From the IMG/VR virus record IMGVR_UViG_3300025789_000018: DNA of 64,000 bases; one strand, given 5' to 3'. Numbering within the stretch: position 1 is the stretch's first letter; every line of letters begins with the position of its first letter. The position numbers and the translations under genes are program-made. Shown piece after piece: positions 17,689 through 27,700 of this stretch. The DNA comes from a virus. Taxonomy: Duplodnaviria; Caudoviricetes. A model generated the notes under the pieces. That model ran no database searches and had not been told where the DNA came from. It was given only the letters and a program-made list of their open reading frames with translations.

Positions 17689-18240
17689 TTAGTCAACACT
17701 ATTTAGGTTAAACCAGTCTGGGACGGGTCGATTCTTCCAAGAATGCATGGATTTCTTACCTTTTATGTAGTAATTTCGGTAATTTACAACAGGATCATCG
17801 CTAATGATATATTCTTGATCCATACAAGAAGGCATGGGAGTCATAGGCCATTCTTTAATATTTTCAGGAATAGCTTCTAGGTGATATGCCAGTTTTTCGA
17901 TAGTTGCATGAATCTTGCCGTATCGATAAGTATATTCTTCACCAAGAGCAACAAAGTGCTCATACAACCAAATATAGTTGCGCACAGATTCTCGGCACCA
18001 AACCGCACTAGGATGGTTTACGTGAGTTGCTGAGTATAGATGCTCTTCCCTTGCATCATATAGCTTCCATCGTTTTGCTTTACGACCTGTTTTAGATTGG
18101 CCTTCATATTCTACACCATCCACAACACGATGAGCAGTAGAAAGAAGCTGTGCAGATTCCAGAATCATCTTAACAACATGGCGGTCTACCATGTTTTGCG
18201 CTGCAACAACAGGGTCAGTATCAATATAAAAAATATTCAC
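17689..18240 (-). CDS. Pyrimidine-dimer DNA glycosylase-family protein
   Basis: MNIFYIDTDP..AAQNMVDRHVVKMILESAQLLSTAH...THVNHPSAVW...YRYGKIH...YRNYY. Confidence 0.78.
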   Translation of the reverse strand: MNIFYIDTDPVVAAQNMVDRHVVKMILESAQLLSTAHRVVDGVEYEGQSKTGRKAKRWKLYDAREEHLYSATHVNHPSAVWCRESVRNYIWLYEHFVALGEEYTYRYGKIHATIEKLAYHLEAIPENIKEWPMTPMPSCMDQEYIISDDPVVNYRNYYIKGKKSMHSWKNRPVPDWFNLNSVD

Positions 18241-18268
18241 AGGATACTCCTAACATAATTAGAAGCCC

Positions 18269-18297
18269 ATTATAAACTAACTGTCAATAAAAGTCAA
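18269..18297 (-). promoter_or_regulatory. Sigma70-type promoter
   Basis: TTGACT-N17-TATAAT upstream of the glycosylase gene. Confidence 0.8.
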
Positions 18298-18841
18298 CTA
18301 TCTCGTCAGCTATACCGTATTTGACAGCTTCTTTAGCTGACAACCAACGATCTTCAGGAGGAAGAAGATATTCACGAACTTCTTTTTCTGTCAGTCCTGT
18401 ACACTTTTTATAATGTTCAAGAATTCTAACACTGACCAAATTAAATTCTTTCATCTTAGCAAACAGCTCATGCTCTTTATCCCAAGCAAATCCTGTATAC
18501 TGGTGGCTAAGAATTGATGTGTTTCTTGTAATAAATCTTTTACCCTTGGCACCAGCCATAAACGTAAGCAAACCACAACTAGCAATTAGCCCAAGACCAT
18601 ATGTATGAATAGGAACCCTAGAACCTTTGATAGTATCAATCAAAGCAAATGCACTAGGAACCTCACCGCCTGGAGAATTAATTAGTAGCTTAATTTCCTT
18701 TGGTCTTTTTGGAGCTAGATTGCGCTCAAGAATAAACTTAATTAGTTCTCCAGTAGAAGACGAGGTAAAGTCGCTATTGAACAAATAATAATTATGCCGT
18801 TCTAATGATGGAATTTCGTTGTTCTTGGTTTCTATATTCAT
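18284..18841 (-). CDS. clpP: ClpP-family serine protease
   Basis: INSPGG, GLIASCG (catalytic S), LSHQ (H), EDRWLSAKEAVKYGIADEI. Confidence 0.92.
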   Translation of the reverse strand: MNIETKNNEIPSLERHNYYLFNSDFTSSSTGELIKFILERNLAPKRPKEIKLLINSPGGEVPSAFALIDTIKGSRVPIHTYGLGLIASCGLLTFMAGAKGKRFITRNTSILSHQYTGFAWDKEHELFAKMKEFNLVSVRILEHYKKCTGLTEKEVREYLLPPEDRWLSAKEAVKYGIADEIVDFY

Positions 18842-18999
18842 GGATTCTCTTTCTCAATCAATTTTTCAACGACCCAGCCGCGCTGCGGATCGAAGTATGT
18901 GTTACAATGTTGTAGATTATTTTGATCAATTGCCACAAACATATCTTCTTTATTTTTAAAGCAATAAACTTCACGAGCAGCGTTTTCGGGATATACCAT
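18838..18999 (-). CDS. Small hypothetical protein (53 aa, MVYPENAAREVYCF...)
   Basis: Manual translation; AGGA SD; ATGA overlap with clpP. Confidence 0.65.
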   Translation of the reverse strand: MVYPENAAREVYCFKNKEDMFVAIDQNNLQHCNTYFDPQRGWVVEKLIEKENP

Positions 19000-19010
19000 A
19001 ATACTTTCCT

Positions 19011-19463
19011 TTATTGGATGGTTTCAACATTTCTAACGGCATGATCTGCAGCTTTACTTGCGCACCATGCGTCAGGCTTTAGCACGGGATCAAACCCGAA
19101 CATTCCTCTAACGTACCCCAATGCTTCTTTTACAGCAATTGAAGATTTGTGTTTTGGATTTGGATTAATATCTAAATGTATAGAAAGCGGGCGGTCACCC
19201 ATAACCTCAATTAGTTCTGAGGCAAGTTCGGTTACATAACTGACTTCAGTCATTAACCTCATTTTTAGATTTCCATAATCTGGAATTGTTCTAACATCAT
19301 GAAATAATTTACATCCATGTTTACTGTCCACATGAAGAACGATAACAGTGCAATATCTGGCGTACCAGACGTCTTTCTTTTTGAACCTAATAGAATCACA
19401 ACCAATATAGACTGATGATTCTTTAGAAGAATTTAATATTGCAATTTTGGCTTCTTCGATCAT
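19011..19463 (-). CDS. RNase H-like protein, YkuK family
   Basis: VYIGCDS...RLMTEVS...IHLDIN...KPDAWCASKAADH. Confidence 0.8.
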   Translation of the reverse strand: MIEEAKIAILNSSKESSVYIGCDSIRFKKKDVWYARYCTVIVLHVDSKHGCKLFHDVRTIPDYGNLKMRLMTEVSYVTELASELIEVMGDRPLSIHLDINPNPKHKSSIAVKEALGYVRGMFGFDPVLKPDAWCASKAADHAVRNVETIQ

Positions 19464-19475
19464 AATATATAGCTT

Positions 19476-19946
19476 TCATTCTATTTTAAAGTTTTTGTAC
19501 TCTGTATATTGTTTTTTGAACAAAGTGAACAATTTCTTTTCATTAGAAAATGCCTCAATTTCCCAAGGCATGTTTAGATATTCATTGTGGTTTTTATCAT
19601 CAGCAATATACGTTTTCTTTTTCCATTTGTAAGAAAGACCTTTACCATCCTTTAGTTCAGAAAGAGCATACTGTTTAAGGTGTATGATTTCATGAGCCAA
19701 AGTAACCAAGGCAGAAGCAACATTTCCATCTTTCAACAATTCTATCTCAAATACTCTTGGCTTATAGTTATAGTCATCTAGATACGTGCAATAACCTAAA
19801 GCGTCAAGCCCAGACTTTATACGAATGTCTAATTTAATATTCTTCGAAAGTCTTTCTGAGATATACTGACGAACATAAAACTCAGCCGCCGCCTTTAATA
19901 CTTTACGGAGTTCGTAGTTTCTTGTTCCAGTAACTGAAATGTTCAT
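19476..19946 (-). CDS. Zincin-like metallopeptidase
   Basis: TLAHEIIHLKQY (HExxH) and PWEIEA third-ligand motif. Confidence 0.78.
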   Translation of the reverse strand: MNISVTGTRNYELRKVLKAAAEFYVRQYISERLSKNIKLDIRIKSGLDALGYCTYLDDYNYKPRVFEIELLKDGNVASALVTLAHEIIHLKQYALSELKDGKGLSYKWKKKTYIADDKNHNEYLNMPWEIEAFSNEKKLFTLFKKQYTEYKNFKIE

Positions 19947-20137
19947 TGCTCAAACAATTTTTTATATGATAAGTCTAAAAAGAAATTTGGAGTGTATCCA
20001 GCAAATCCGCAATTTTTGTGCAGTTTTGCTATTACTGATATTGCTTCTTTTCTACTATCAGAAGAGAAAATAACACGATCAGTTTTTGTTTCTACAACTG
20101 TAGTTTTACCTTTATTCGTATTTAGTGTGTAATTCAT
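19943..20137 (-). CDS. Small conserved hypothetical protein
   Basis: 64 aa, GFAGYTPNFF motif, overlaps helicase stop. Confidence 0.65.
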   Translation of the reverse strand: MNYTLNTNKGKTTVVETKTDRVIFSSDSRKEAISVIAKLHKNCGFAGYTPNFFLDLSYKKLFEQ

Positions 20138-21561
20138 TTAAGTTTTAACCCAGCAAAATCCCTCTTAGCAACACCTCGGCTCATGAATTTATCTTCAGTT
20201 CCGAATGAGCTGTTGTCCATTACTGGAGTGTCATTCTTCTTACCCTTGTATTTAGGTTCTGACATAACTTGATCTTGTGCATGAGACTCAACATCATAAA
20301 GTTTCATCTTTGCTCGTTCAATCCCAATAACAAACCGCTTATCTTTATTAACGTCATTATATCGATTCTTAAGCTGGATAACCATCATCTGACCAATAGC
20401 TTCCATGTCTTCATTAGAAACCAGGGCAAACATCATATCTGCAGTCGCAGGAAGTCCGAAAGATTCACTTGTGTTCTCAAGACCAGGATCACTATTAGAG
20501 TAACCATCACGATTGGTTTGTGTTGCTGTGAAGATAGGAACATTATATTCTACAGCGAGTCCACGAATTTCTTCAGCGATGGCTTTAATGTAAGAATACG
20601 TGTTGATACTAGACCCCAACTTCAAACGCATCGACATACAGATATTGATATAGTCGATGTAAATGACATCAGGAAGAAAGTTCTTCTTGATCTTCAGCTC
20701 ATTGATAAGGTGGCGGAAATGCCCAGCACCTGCAGCTGAAGTTGGATACTCCTTAACAATAAGACGACCATTAGTCTTTTTCTTTAGATTTTCTATCTTC
20801 TTCAGATAAGATTCTTTAGGAAGCTCATGAAGTTCATCCATAGTCAAGTTAAGGCGATTAGCGTCAATACGTTCGGCGATACGTTCTTCAGCCATTTCCA
20901 TGGTAATATACAGAACATTCTTACCCAACGAAAGATGGCCAGCCGCGCAATGAGTCATGAACAAAGTTTTACCAACGCCAGTACCAGCCAGAATAACATT
21001 CAAAGACTTCTTGGGAATACCTCCGCGAGTAATCTTATTGAACATCTCAAGGTCAAATTCTAGCTTAGATTCTGCCTTATGATAGAACTCATAACGATCT
21101 TCAGCATTCTCAAGAAAATCGTGACCGATGCTAGTATCAAATGACACACTCAATGCATCGGTCAGGATTTGTGGGATAGCACCCTTGTCTTTCTTGTCTT
21201 TGTTGCCACCATCAATAATAGTAATTGATTCACGGATCGCATTGAAAATGGCGCGATCTTGACAATACTTCTCAGTCTGATCAACCAACCACTGCTGGTC
21301 AACCTTCGGATCATCTTGTATTTTATCAATAGTTTCAATTACTTCTTTATATTGATCTTCATTTACACTGAGCTTATCGACCTCAAGCATAAGTGTGACC
21401 TTGTTGGGCACACTGTTGTAAGCATCAATAAAATTCTTGACCACATTGAATAGAATCTTATTCGAAGGTGTAACAAAATACTCCTCTTTCAAGAAAGGCA
21501 AAACCTTACGGCAAAATTCATCATTAGTAACAATATGGTTAAGAATTGTTTCTTCAATCAT
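20134..21561 (-). CDS. gp41: Replicative DNA helicase (T4 gp41-like)
   Basis: Walker A AGTGVGKT, YITMEMAEE, VKEYPT, IDYINI, TATQTNR, ESFGLPATAD, QLKNRY. Confidence 0.97.
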   Translation of the reverse strand: MIEETILNHIVTNDEFCRKVLPFLKEEYFVTPSNKILFNVVKNFIDAYNSVPNKVTLMLEVDKLSVNEDQYKEVIETIDKIQDDPKVDQQWLVDQTEKYCQDRAIFNAIRESITIIDGGNKDKKDKGAIPQILTDALSVSFDTSIGHDFLENAEDRYEFYHKAESKLEFDLEMFNKITRGGIPKKSLNVILAGTGVGKTLFMTHCAAGHLSLGKNVLYITMEMAEERIAERIDANRLNLTMDELHELPKESYLKKIENLKKKTNGRLIVKEYPTSAAGAGHFRHLINELKIKKNFLPDVIYIDYINICMSMRLKLGSSINTYSYIKAIAEEIRGLAVEYNVPIFTATQTNRDGYSNSDPGLENTSESFGLPATADMMFALVSNEDMEAIGQMMVIQLKNRYNDVNKDKRFVIGIERAKMKLYDVESHAQDQVMSEPKYKGKKNDTPVMDNSSFGTEDKFMSRGVAKRDFAGLKLK

Positions 21562-22619
21562 TCAACTTCTCCGTAAACGTCTTTCATATCTTCATTAGAA
21601 ATCATATCATCATGAGAAAGCATATAGTTATCTTCAATATACTTACGGAACGACTTTGATCTAAGAACAGGAAGCCAGAAATCCTTGTTATCTGTCTCTG
21701 CGCGACGATAATTCTTTTCAGAAACTTCCCCAGTTTCTAGATCAACTCGCTGATACCAACCGTTCTTTGGCTTAACCACATGACCGGATTCTAGAGCAAC
21801 ATCAAGCAGACCAGACCAAGTGCTAATTCCACCTTCAAACCGAACTTCGATAGGAATCTTTGACTTCTCACGAACGTAACGCGACTTTTCTACATTAATG
21901 ATAAAGTTGTAGCCAGTAATGTCAGTTCCATCCTTTTCCTGCTGACGACCAATAATGAAGATATTGTCAGCCGAATAGTAGATGCCAGTACCACCAGAAA
22001 CAACAGCCTTGGAATACATTTCCTGAGTCTGGTAGGTATGATTAACCACAACCATCGGAATATCCTTGATAGTCAGATGCGGTGTAATGATACGGAACAG
22101 AGACTTGAGCTGCTTAGCACGAGTCATATCTGCAACAGACTTACCTTCAAGAGCGTCTTCAACTTCTTTCTTAGAAGCAAGGTTGCCTACCGAGTCAACA
22201 AAGATAATGACCTTGTCGCCACGCTGAATTTCCTTCATCTGAGACGTAGCATCAAACTTTAGCTGTTCAATATCAGTAATGGGACTATGAATAACTCGAG
22301 TCATATCAATACCCATCGATTCAAAATATTTCTTACCAGCACCAAATTCCGAGTCATAAAACAGACAGATTGCTTCAGGATACTTGTCTAAGTATGCCTT
22401 AACTTCAAGCAAGCAAAAGAACGATTTGAAGTGCTTCGAAGGGCCGCACCAAAGAGTAAGTCCAGGAGTGATGCCACCATCAAGACTGCCAGACAAAGCG
22501 ACATTAATCATAGGAACAGTGGTTTGTACCATATCTTTCTTATTAAAGAATTTCGATTCAGAAAGAATGTCAGCTTCTTTAATTGTAGTGTTTTTCTTTA
22601 GTCTATCTAGAATGCTCAT
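21558..22619 (-). CDS. uvsX: RecA-like recombinase
   Basis: GPSKHFKS, FYDSEFG, DSVGNLASKKE, ADMTRAKQLKSLFR, VVSGGTG. Confidence 0.97.
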   Translation of the reverse strand: MSILDRLKKNTTIKEADILSESKFFNKKDMVQTTVPMINVALSGSLDGGITPGLTLWCGPSKHFKSFFCLLEVKAYLDKYPEAICLFYDSEFGAGKKYFESMGIDMTRVIHSPITDIEQLKFDATSQMKEIQRGDKVIIFVDSVGNLASKKEVEDALEGKSVADMTRAKQLKSLFRIITPHLTIKDIPMVVVNHTYQTQEMYSKAVVSGGTGIYYSADNIFIIGRQQEKDGTDITGYNFIINVEKSRYVREKSKIPIEVRFEGGISTWSGLLDVALESGHVVKPKNGWYQRVDLETGEVSEKNYRRAETDNKDFWLPVLRSKSFRKYIEDNYMLSHDDMISNEDMKDVYGEVE

Positions 22620-22631
22620 AAAACCTCCGTA

Positions 22632-25130
22632 TTAATCATTGAAAAAATCTTCTAGAGTGTTAACGTATTCAGTTTTCCACCCAATTGCATTGCTAATTAT
22701 TCGCAACGGGTCGAGAAAGGCTTTGTTAAATTGAGTTTCGTAGTCGATGTATTTGTCCAAGTCCAATGACTTTGGCAAATTATTAACCACAGATATTACG
22801 TTTTCTTTTAGAGTATTGGGCGTAGTCATGTAACAGAACTTAATCTTTTCACCTTCCTGAACGCCTGGAAATTTACTATCCAATCCCTTTTCTTTAAGGA
22901 AATGATTATAAACTAGAGCGCCTCTGACATGAATCGGAGTCGATAGTCTATAGATGGTGGATGGACTGGAAAACTTAGCAAGATTATTGCAGCCCCGAGG
23001 AAAGGCAATTTCTTCAAAGGGCAAAGTTTCAAACTCATCTTTGAATTGTTCAATAAATTCGACCAGCTGATCCTCTGTTCCTTCCATCATAATCCTCAGA
23101 GCTTGCTTAATCTTTTCTCTGCAAGAAGAAGGAGTTGATGATTTAACAGCTTCAATACCCATCATCTTTAGCTTAGGTGCAGGATACCGGATTCCTTCAC
23201 TATCCCACACGTTAAGAATATACCGCTTCTTGGCAGTCCAGATGCCCTTGTCTGCAATAGCTTCACGCTTCATAGAAAGAAACGAGTTATATGCTTTAGT
23301 ATACACAGCAAAAGCATCAAGAGTTTTTGCGATATAAGGCTCTAGCTTTTCCTTACAAATTTTATCAACAATGTTGATCTTTTGCTCAAGAGTTTTGCCA
23401 TCAGCAATTTTATCGACAAGTTTCCCCAGTTTAACGTAGTTGGAATCGGTATCTACAGCAATAACATAATCTTCATCTTTAGTGCCAAGTATCTTATTCA
23501 GATACAGGTTCATATTTGTTTCTACATATCTAATGGCAAGCTGGCCAGATAGGGTAATTGCTTCAGCAAAAGCCAAACTATACCACCGACAATAAGCATT
23601 TCCAATAGCGCCATAAAGAGAGTTGAGCTGAATTTTACGAGCCATCTGCATGTTGTTGTATCTAGCGATAGCATTCTTGAGTTCCTTTGTGGGATTCTTT
23701 TGGTATTCTCTTTCAGCCTCAAACATCTTATTCTTATATGCCTTACGGTCTTTCATCATCTTTTCGACAATCTCAGGGAAAATTCCCTTTTTAGATTTGT
23801 CCCAGAAAGAACCGTTGGCTGCAAGAGTATAGTTTTTCTCAGTCAGTTCCTTATCATATTTAGCCAAAGCATTGTTATAAAGTTGGTCATCAACACTCCA
23901 AAACCCATCAATTTTTCCAACATAGGTTTCCGGCGATAGATTATACTGAACAATCAGAGAAGGGTACAGCGAGGTAACGTCAAACGACACAACCCATTCA
24001 TGCATACCTACCTGCGGATCTTTAACGAAAGCGCCAGCATATTGATCACCTTTGCTGGTAATCTTATTCTGAGGAATGACCAGCTTTTTGTCCATCATGT
24101 AGTTATGAATAATAACGTCCCAAAGACGCACAGAAGTGAATACGTCTTCAAGGTTGATCTTAGCGTCATAAGCAATAGTAAACGCTTGATCCATAAGATT
24201 CAAACGCTCATCCAACTTATCAACAAGAATAACGTCATGAATGTTATATTCAATAAACTTCTGATAGTCATTCAAGAAGAAGTCATGCATGTTATCATAT
24301 TCAGAATAGTCTAGCTTATTCTCACCAATCTCAACGTAGGCGATGTGATCCAGCCGATACGATTCCTGCTGCGTATAGGTAAATTTCTTATACAGCTGCT
24401 GATAATCCATGATAACAATACCCATAGGATTATAGGTTTGCTGCTCCTTACCAAAGATTTCAACCTTAGATTCCAAAAGAATCTTCCAAGGCGAAAGACG
24501 TTTAGCGAAGTCGTGACCAAGAACATTCGTGATACGGTTTACCAGATATGGAATATCGAAAAACTCAATGTTCCATCCAGTAATGACATCGATGTCAAAT
24601 TCTTCCCAACAATCAAGGAATTTGAGAAGCAGCTCTTCTTCATCACGACAGTTATAATAAACTGCGCCTGTATCCTTTACATCAAATTCTCCGCATCCAA
24701 AGACACGGATTTTGTTACCCTTCTTCAAGGTAATAGCTGTAACTTCTCGGTCAGCTGCACGAATATCAGGGAACCCACCATCGGAATTAACTTCGATGTC
24801 AACAGTTGCAACGTTCATACGCTCTTTGTCGTATCGAACTTCACCAGGATATTCATCATTAATGAACGCATAGACAAACTTATCAATACCATAAATGGGA
24901 AAGTTCGACAAGTCGTCATACTTCTTTAGAAACTCTTTGCCTTCCTGAAGGTTTTCGAAATCATATTTGGCTACAGGATTTCCATCTAGAGTATGATACT
25001 CCGACTCTTCTTTGCATGGAACAAACAAATATGGCTTATACTGTACCTTATGGTGTTCGCGCTTTGCACCATTCCAACCTCTAACAAAGATGTAATTTCC
25101 GCGCTGTATAGCGGACGTGTAAAATCGCAT
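22632..25130 (-). CDS. gp43: Family B DNA polymerase (T4 gp43-like)
   Basis: Exo DIE and GWNIEFFD; Pol SFDVTSLYPS, KIQLNSLYG, AVDTDS; C-terminal clamp peptide TLEDFFND. Confidence 0.98.
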   Translation of the reverse strand: MRFYTSAIQRGNYIFVRGWNGAKREHHKVQYKPYLFVPCKEESEYHTLDGNPVAKYDFENLQEGKEFLKKYDDLSNFPIYGIDKFVYAFINDEYPGEVRYDKERMNVATVDIEVNSDGGFPDIRAADREVTAITLKKGNKIRVFGCGEFDVKDTGAVYYNCRDEEELLLKFLDCWEEFDIDVITGWNIEFFDIPYLVNRITNVLGHDFAKRLSPWKILLESKVEIFGKEQQTYNPMGIVIMDYQQLYKKFTYTQQESYRLDHIAYVEIGENKLDYSEYDNMHDFFLNDYQKFIEYNIHDVILVDKLDERLNLMDQAFTIAYDAKINLEDVFTSVRLWDVIIHNYMMDKKLVIPQNKITSKGDQYAGAFVKDPQVGMHEWVVSFDVTSLYPSLIVQYNLSPETYVGKIDGFWSVDDQLYNNALAKYDKELTEKNYTLAANGSFWDKSKKGIFPEIVEKMMKDRKAYKNKMFEAEREYQKNPTKELKNAIARYNNMQMARKIQLNSLYGAIGNAYCRWYSLAFAEAITLSGQLAIRYVETNMNLYLNKILGTKDEDYVIAVDTDSNYVKLGKLVDKIADGKTLEQKINIVDKICKEKLEPYIAKTLDAFAVYTKAYNSFLSMKREAIADKGIWTAKKRYILNVWDSEGIRYPAPKLKMMGIEAVKSSTPSSCREKIKQALRIMMEGTEDQLVEFIEQFKDEFETLPFEEIAFPRGCNNLAKFSSPSTIYRLSTPIHVRGALVYNHFLKEKGLDSKFPGVQEGEKIKFCYMTTPNTLKENVISVVNNLPKSLDLDKYIDYETQFNKAFLDPLRIISNAIGWKTEYVNTLEDFFND

Positions 25131-25132
25131 TC

Positions 25133-25182
25133 AGAACTCCTTCAGTTCTTACAAGTATACCTAATTTTTCAGGTGAAGTCAA
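25133..25182 (-). promoter_or_regulatory. gp43 promoter plus RBS-overlapping hairpin (candidate translational operator)
   Basis: TTGACT(25177-82)-N17-TATACT(25154-59); AGAACT-GAAGG-AGTTCT hairpin at 25133-25149 containing the SD. Confidence 0.7.
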
Positions 25183-25787
25183 GCCAAAACTAGTTTAGCT
25201 TTGTTGTAATATTTCGTTCTAGACGCTAGAGCAAGTTTTGCTGCATTAACGTGTGCTGTAATTTGTTCAATATTATCAGCATCAGCATACTGATTTATTG
25301 CTCTATAGTTCCAATACCATCCAGCAGAACGAGCAGCGCCTTCTTTTGTTTGTAGATAATCTTGAACATTATCAAGAGGCATTTTAATATACGCTGCAAA
25401 TAGAGAATGTAAATCTTTTCCAGTTAGCTGAATAAGACCCATACCTCTATACTTCCATCCATCGCCTGTTGGCTCTCCGCCATTCCCTAATCTATTAGCA
25501 TATGCCAAATTAGCTATCTTTTCTGGCTTGTGCTCGTATGTAGCAGCATTGTATTTGTTAAACACATGAGGAAATGTTGCTATCAAGCCTGGAGCAGAGT
25601 AGTTTAAGTTTTCTATAACACGTGTCAAAAGGCTGGACTCGACTCCAATTTGGGAGAGGAATCCAGCCTTACGATTTACGGTATTGATGTTGAATTCAGC
25701 AAATGTCTTTTCTAACGGCTCAAGATAAGAAGGAAATACTGAGCTTTTTACTTCATAGATTTCTTCTAGATGTTGTGCTGTTATCAT
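25179..25787 (-). CDS. Glycoside hydrolase family 19 (chitinase-like) endolysin
   Basis: AGFLSQIGVES, ENLNYS, YANRLGNG, GDGWKYRGMGLIQLTGK, SAGWYW. Confidence 0.9.
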   Translation of the reverse strand: MITAQHLEEIYEVKSSVFPSYLEPLEKTFAEFNINTVNRKAGFLSQIGVESSLLTRVIENLNYSAPGLIATFPHVFNKYNAATYEHKPEKIANLAYANRLGNGGEPTGDGWKYRGMGLIQLTGKDLHSLFAAYIKMPLDNVQDYLQTKEGAARSAGWYWNYRAINQYADADNIEQITAHVNAAKLALASRTKYYNKAKLVLA

Positions 25788-25963
25788 CTCAATTTAGTCC
25801 ATTTGCTTTTAAGAGTTAGTTTTGTTATTAGCCTTTTGTAGAGACTAACATTATTCATAAATTCAATCTTAAGATCACCATCCCCAAAAACCTCCCAAAC
25901 CCATTTGGGTTCACGAGGAACTGGGACGTAGCCTAAGCGTTCATCCCATTTTAATTGTTCCAT
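25784..25963 (-). CDS. Small hypothetical protein (59 aa, MEQLKWDERLGYVP...)
   Basis: Manual translation; abuts regA stop and has an ATGA overlap with the endolysin. Confidence 0.65.
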   Translation of the reverse strand: MEQLKWDERLGYVPVPREPKWVWEVFGDGDLKIEFMNNVSLYKRLITKLTLKSKWTKLR

Positions 25964-26359
25964 TTATTTCTTTCCGATCGAATACTTTGGAATTAACTTC
26001 CAATCACCTTTCTCTTTATATGATACAATTTTGATCTGACTCATAGGAGCAATTGGCTCCTCAGTCATGGTCTTGTCTACAATCTCTACAAGACCCCATT
26101 CGGCCAGTAGGTTTGCGATTGTATTTCTGCGTGCAATATCGCCTTCCGAAAAGTCAGTGGGCTTTCCGTCAAGAACAAACATCTGCTTAAAGTGCACAAT
26201 ATAGTATTTGCCTTTTTTGTGCAAAATGTGACAAGACTGATAGAGTATCTTTTCTTTGCGTGAAGCTACACCAATTCTTGTTAAAGTCTCTTTGACTTTT
26301 AAGAAATCGTCTGGTTTTTGCAGGGTAACTTCAACCATTGTTTCTAGTATGTCACTCAT
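25964..26359 (-). CDS. regA: Translational repressor RegA
   Basis: DDFLKVKETLTRIGVASRKEKILYQSCHILHKKGKYYIVHFK...RRNTIANLLAEWGL. Confidence 0.97.
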   Translation of the reverse strand: MSDILETMVEVTLQKPDDFLKVKETLTRIGVASRKEKILYQSCHILHKKGKYYIVHFKQMFVLDGKPTDFSEGDIARRNTIANLLAEWGLVEIVDKTMTEEPIAPMSQIKIVSYKEKGDWKLIPKYSIGKK

Positions 26360-26363
26360 ATCG

Positions 26364-26753
26364 TCACCTTTGTTCTTGTTTTGCTTTCAATAGTGCTATT
26401 TGCTGTTCAGTCAGAATAGATAGAGCAGCTTCAGCCTTCGGTTTAGTATAACCGTAAGTAAGCATAACAATATCTAAATTACTCAAACCCTTTTCTTTCT
26501 TATACCATTGGGTTTTCGCTCTTTTCCGACTTCTCACACTATTTATAAGATAGTCAAACTGGAGACGATTATCGAGTTTATGATACAGATTCATGACATT
26601 TGCATCATGTACTGTATCAATATAGTGCGATAATGCTTTATTTACAATATATGGATTGTAATCCTTTTCTGCTTGTTCCGGAGATTCACTATTCTTTATG
26701 ATATTCTTTTTACCTGAAGAAATATCAAACACATAATCAAAAGGATTACTCAT
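26364..26753 (-). CDS. gp62: Clamp loader small subunit (T4 gp62-like)
   Basis: YNPYIVNKALS...QFDYLINSVRSRKR...EAALSILTEQQ; position between gp44 and regA. Confidence 0.92.
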   Translation of the reverse strand: MSNPFDYVFDISSGKKNIIKNSESPEQAEKDYNPYIVNKALSHYIDTVHDANVMNLYHKLDNRLQFDYLINSVRSRKRAKTQWYKKEKGLSNLDIVMLTYGYTKPKAEAALSILTEQQIALLKAKQEQR

Positions 26754-27688
26754 TTGAACGAACACTGCAGCATAACATCAGTCAGAAAAGCGACTGTGTT
26801 AATTTCAGGATTAGCAACAAAGGCATGCTTGAACTGATAGTCAGCAGCAACAAGAATGAAGTTAGCTACTGAATCAGTTTCAAGATAGTCCGAACAAGTG
26901 TCATAAAGCATACGAAGCAAGGAAGCAAAGTCCAGATCAGAGTTCTGAGCAACCCAGCGCCGCATCTTATTGAAGTCCTTTTCTTTCAAATAACTAACGA
27001 TAGTTTTGAAAGACTCAGTATTAAAGTTGGAAAGAATACCTGTGTCAATCTTACCAGTAGCCGAATACTTCTGCAGTTCGTTAATGATCTTACGAAAGTC
27101 AGGAAAGTGCAGGCTTACAAGTTCAGCAACTGCAGCTTTATCGTATTCAATTTCTTCTTTGTTTAGAACATCAAGAATACGCTTGAAGAAATCAATACAA
27201 ATCTGTTCCTTATCTTTCTTTTGAATCTTAAATTCAACAGTCGAACAACGCGAACGCAATGGCTCAATCAGCTTATTCTTATAATTACAGGTGAGGATGA
27301 ACCCACAATTTGACGAAAATTCTTCAATGAAGTTACGAAGTGCAGGCTGAACAGAGTCAGCAGTCAAATAGTCAGCTTCGTCTAGGATAACGTACTTACG
27401 GCGACCTGTGAAAGAAACAGTCGAAGCAAAGTCACGAATATAAGTTCTCAGAGTGTCAATACGACGACCTTCATCCGAGCCATTGATTACAATATAATCA
27501 GCATCAAGTTCTTTGAGCATAGCCTTGGCTACAGTCGTTTTACCTGTTCCTGGAGGACCAGAAAGCAACAGATTAGGGATTTCGCCCTTTTCTACAAACT
27601 GCTTGAAGGTATTTTTGAGACTAGTGGGAAGAATACAATCATCAATTTTTACAGGGCGGTACTTTTCCGTCCAGAGAAACTCGTCCAT
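26750..27688 (-). CDS. gp44: Clamp loader large subunit (T4 gp44-like AAA+)
   Basis: LWTEKYRP, GPPGTGKTT, DEAD, LRSRC, HFPDFR; start at ATG 27688 behind GGAG. Confidence 0.97.
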   Translation of the reverse strand: MDEFLWTEKYRPVKIDDCILPTSLKNTFKQFVEKGEIPNLLLSGPPGTGKTTVAKAMLKELDADYIVINGSDEGRRIDTLRTYIRDFASTVSFTGRRKYVILDEADYLTADSVQPALRNFIEEFSSNCGFILTCNYKNKLIEPLRSRCSTVEFKIQKKDKEQICIDFFKRILDVLNKEEIEYDKAAVAELVSLHFPDFRKIINELQKYSATGKIDTGILSNFNTESFKTIVSYLKEKDFNKMRRWVAQNSDLDFASLLRMLYDTCSDYLETDSVANFILVAADYQFKHAFVANPEINTVAFLTDVMLQCSFK

Positions 27689-27700
27689 AATAATCTCCAT

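Noticed and set aside
18284-18310. Clamp-binding peptide at ClpP C-terminus (EIVDFY)
   Set aside because: Overlaps the normal conserved ClpP terminal motif and lacks the Leu of the (S/T/G)L(D/E)xF pattern.
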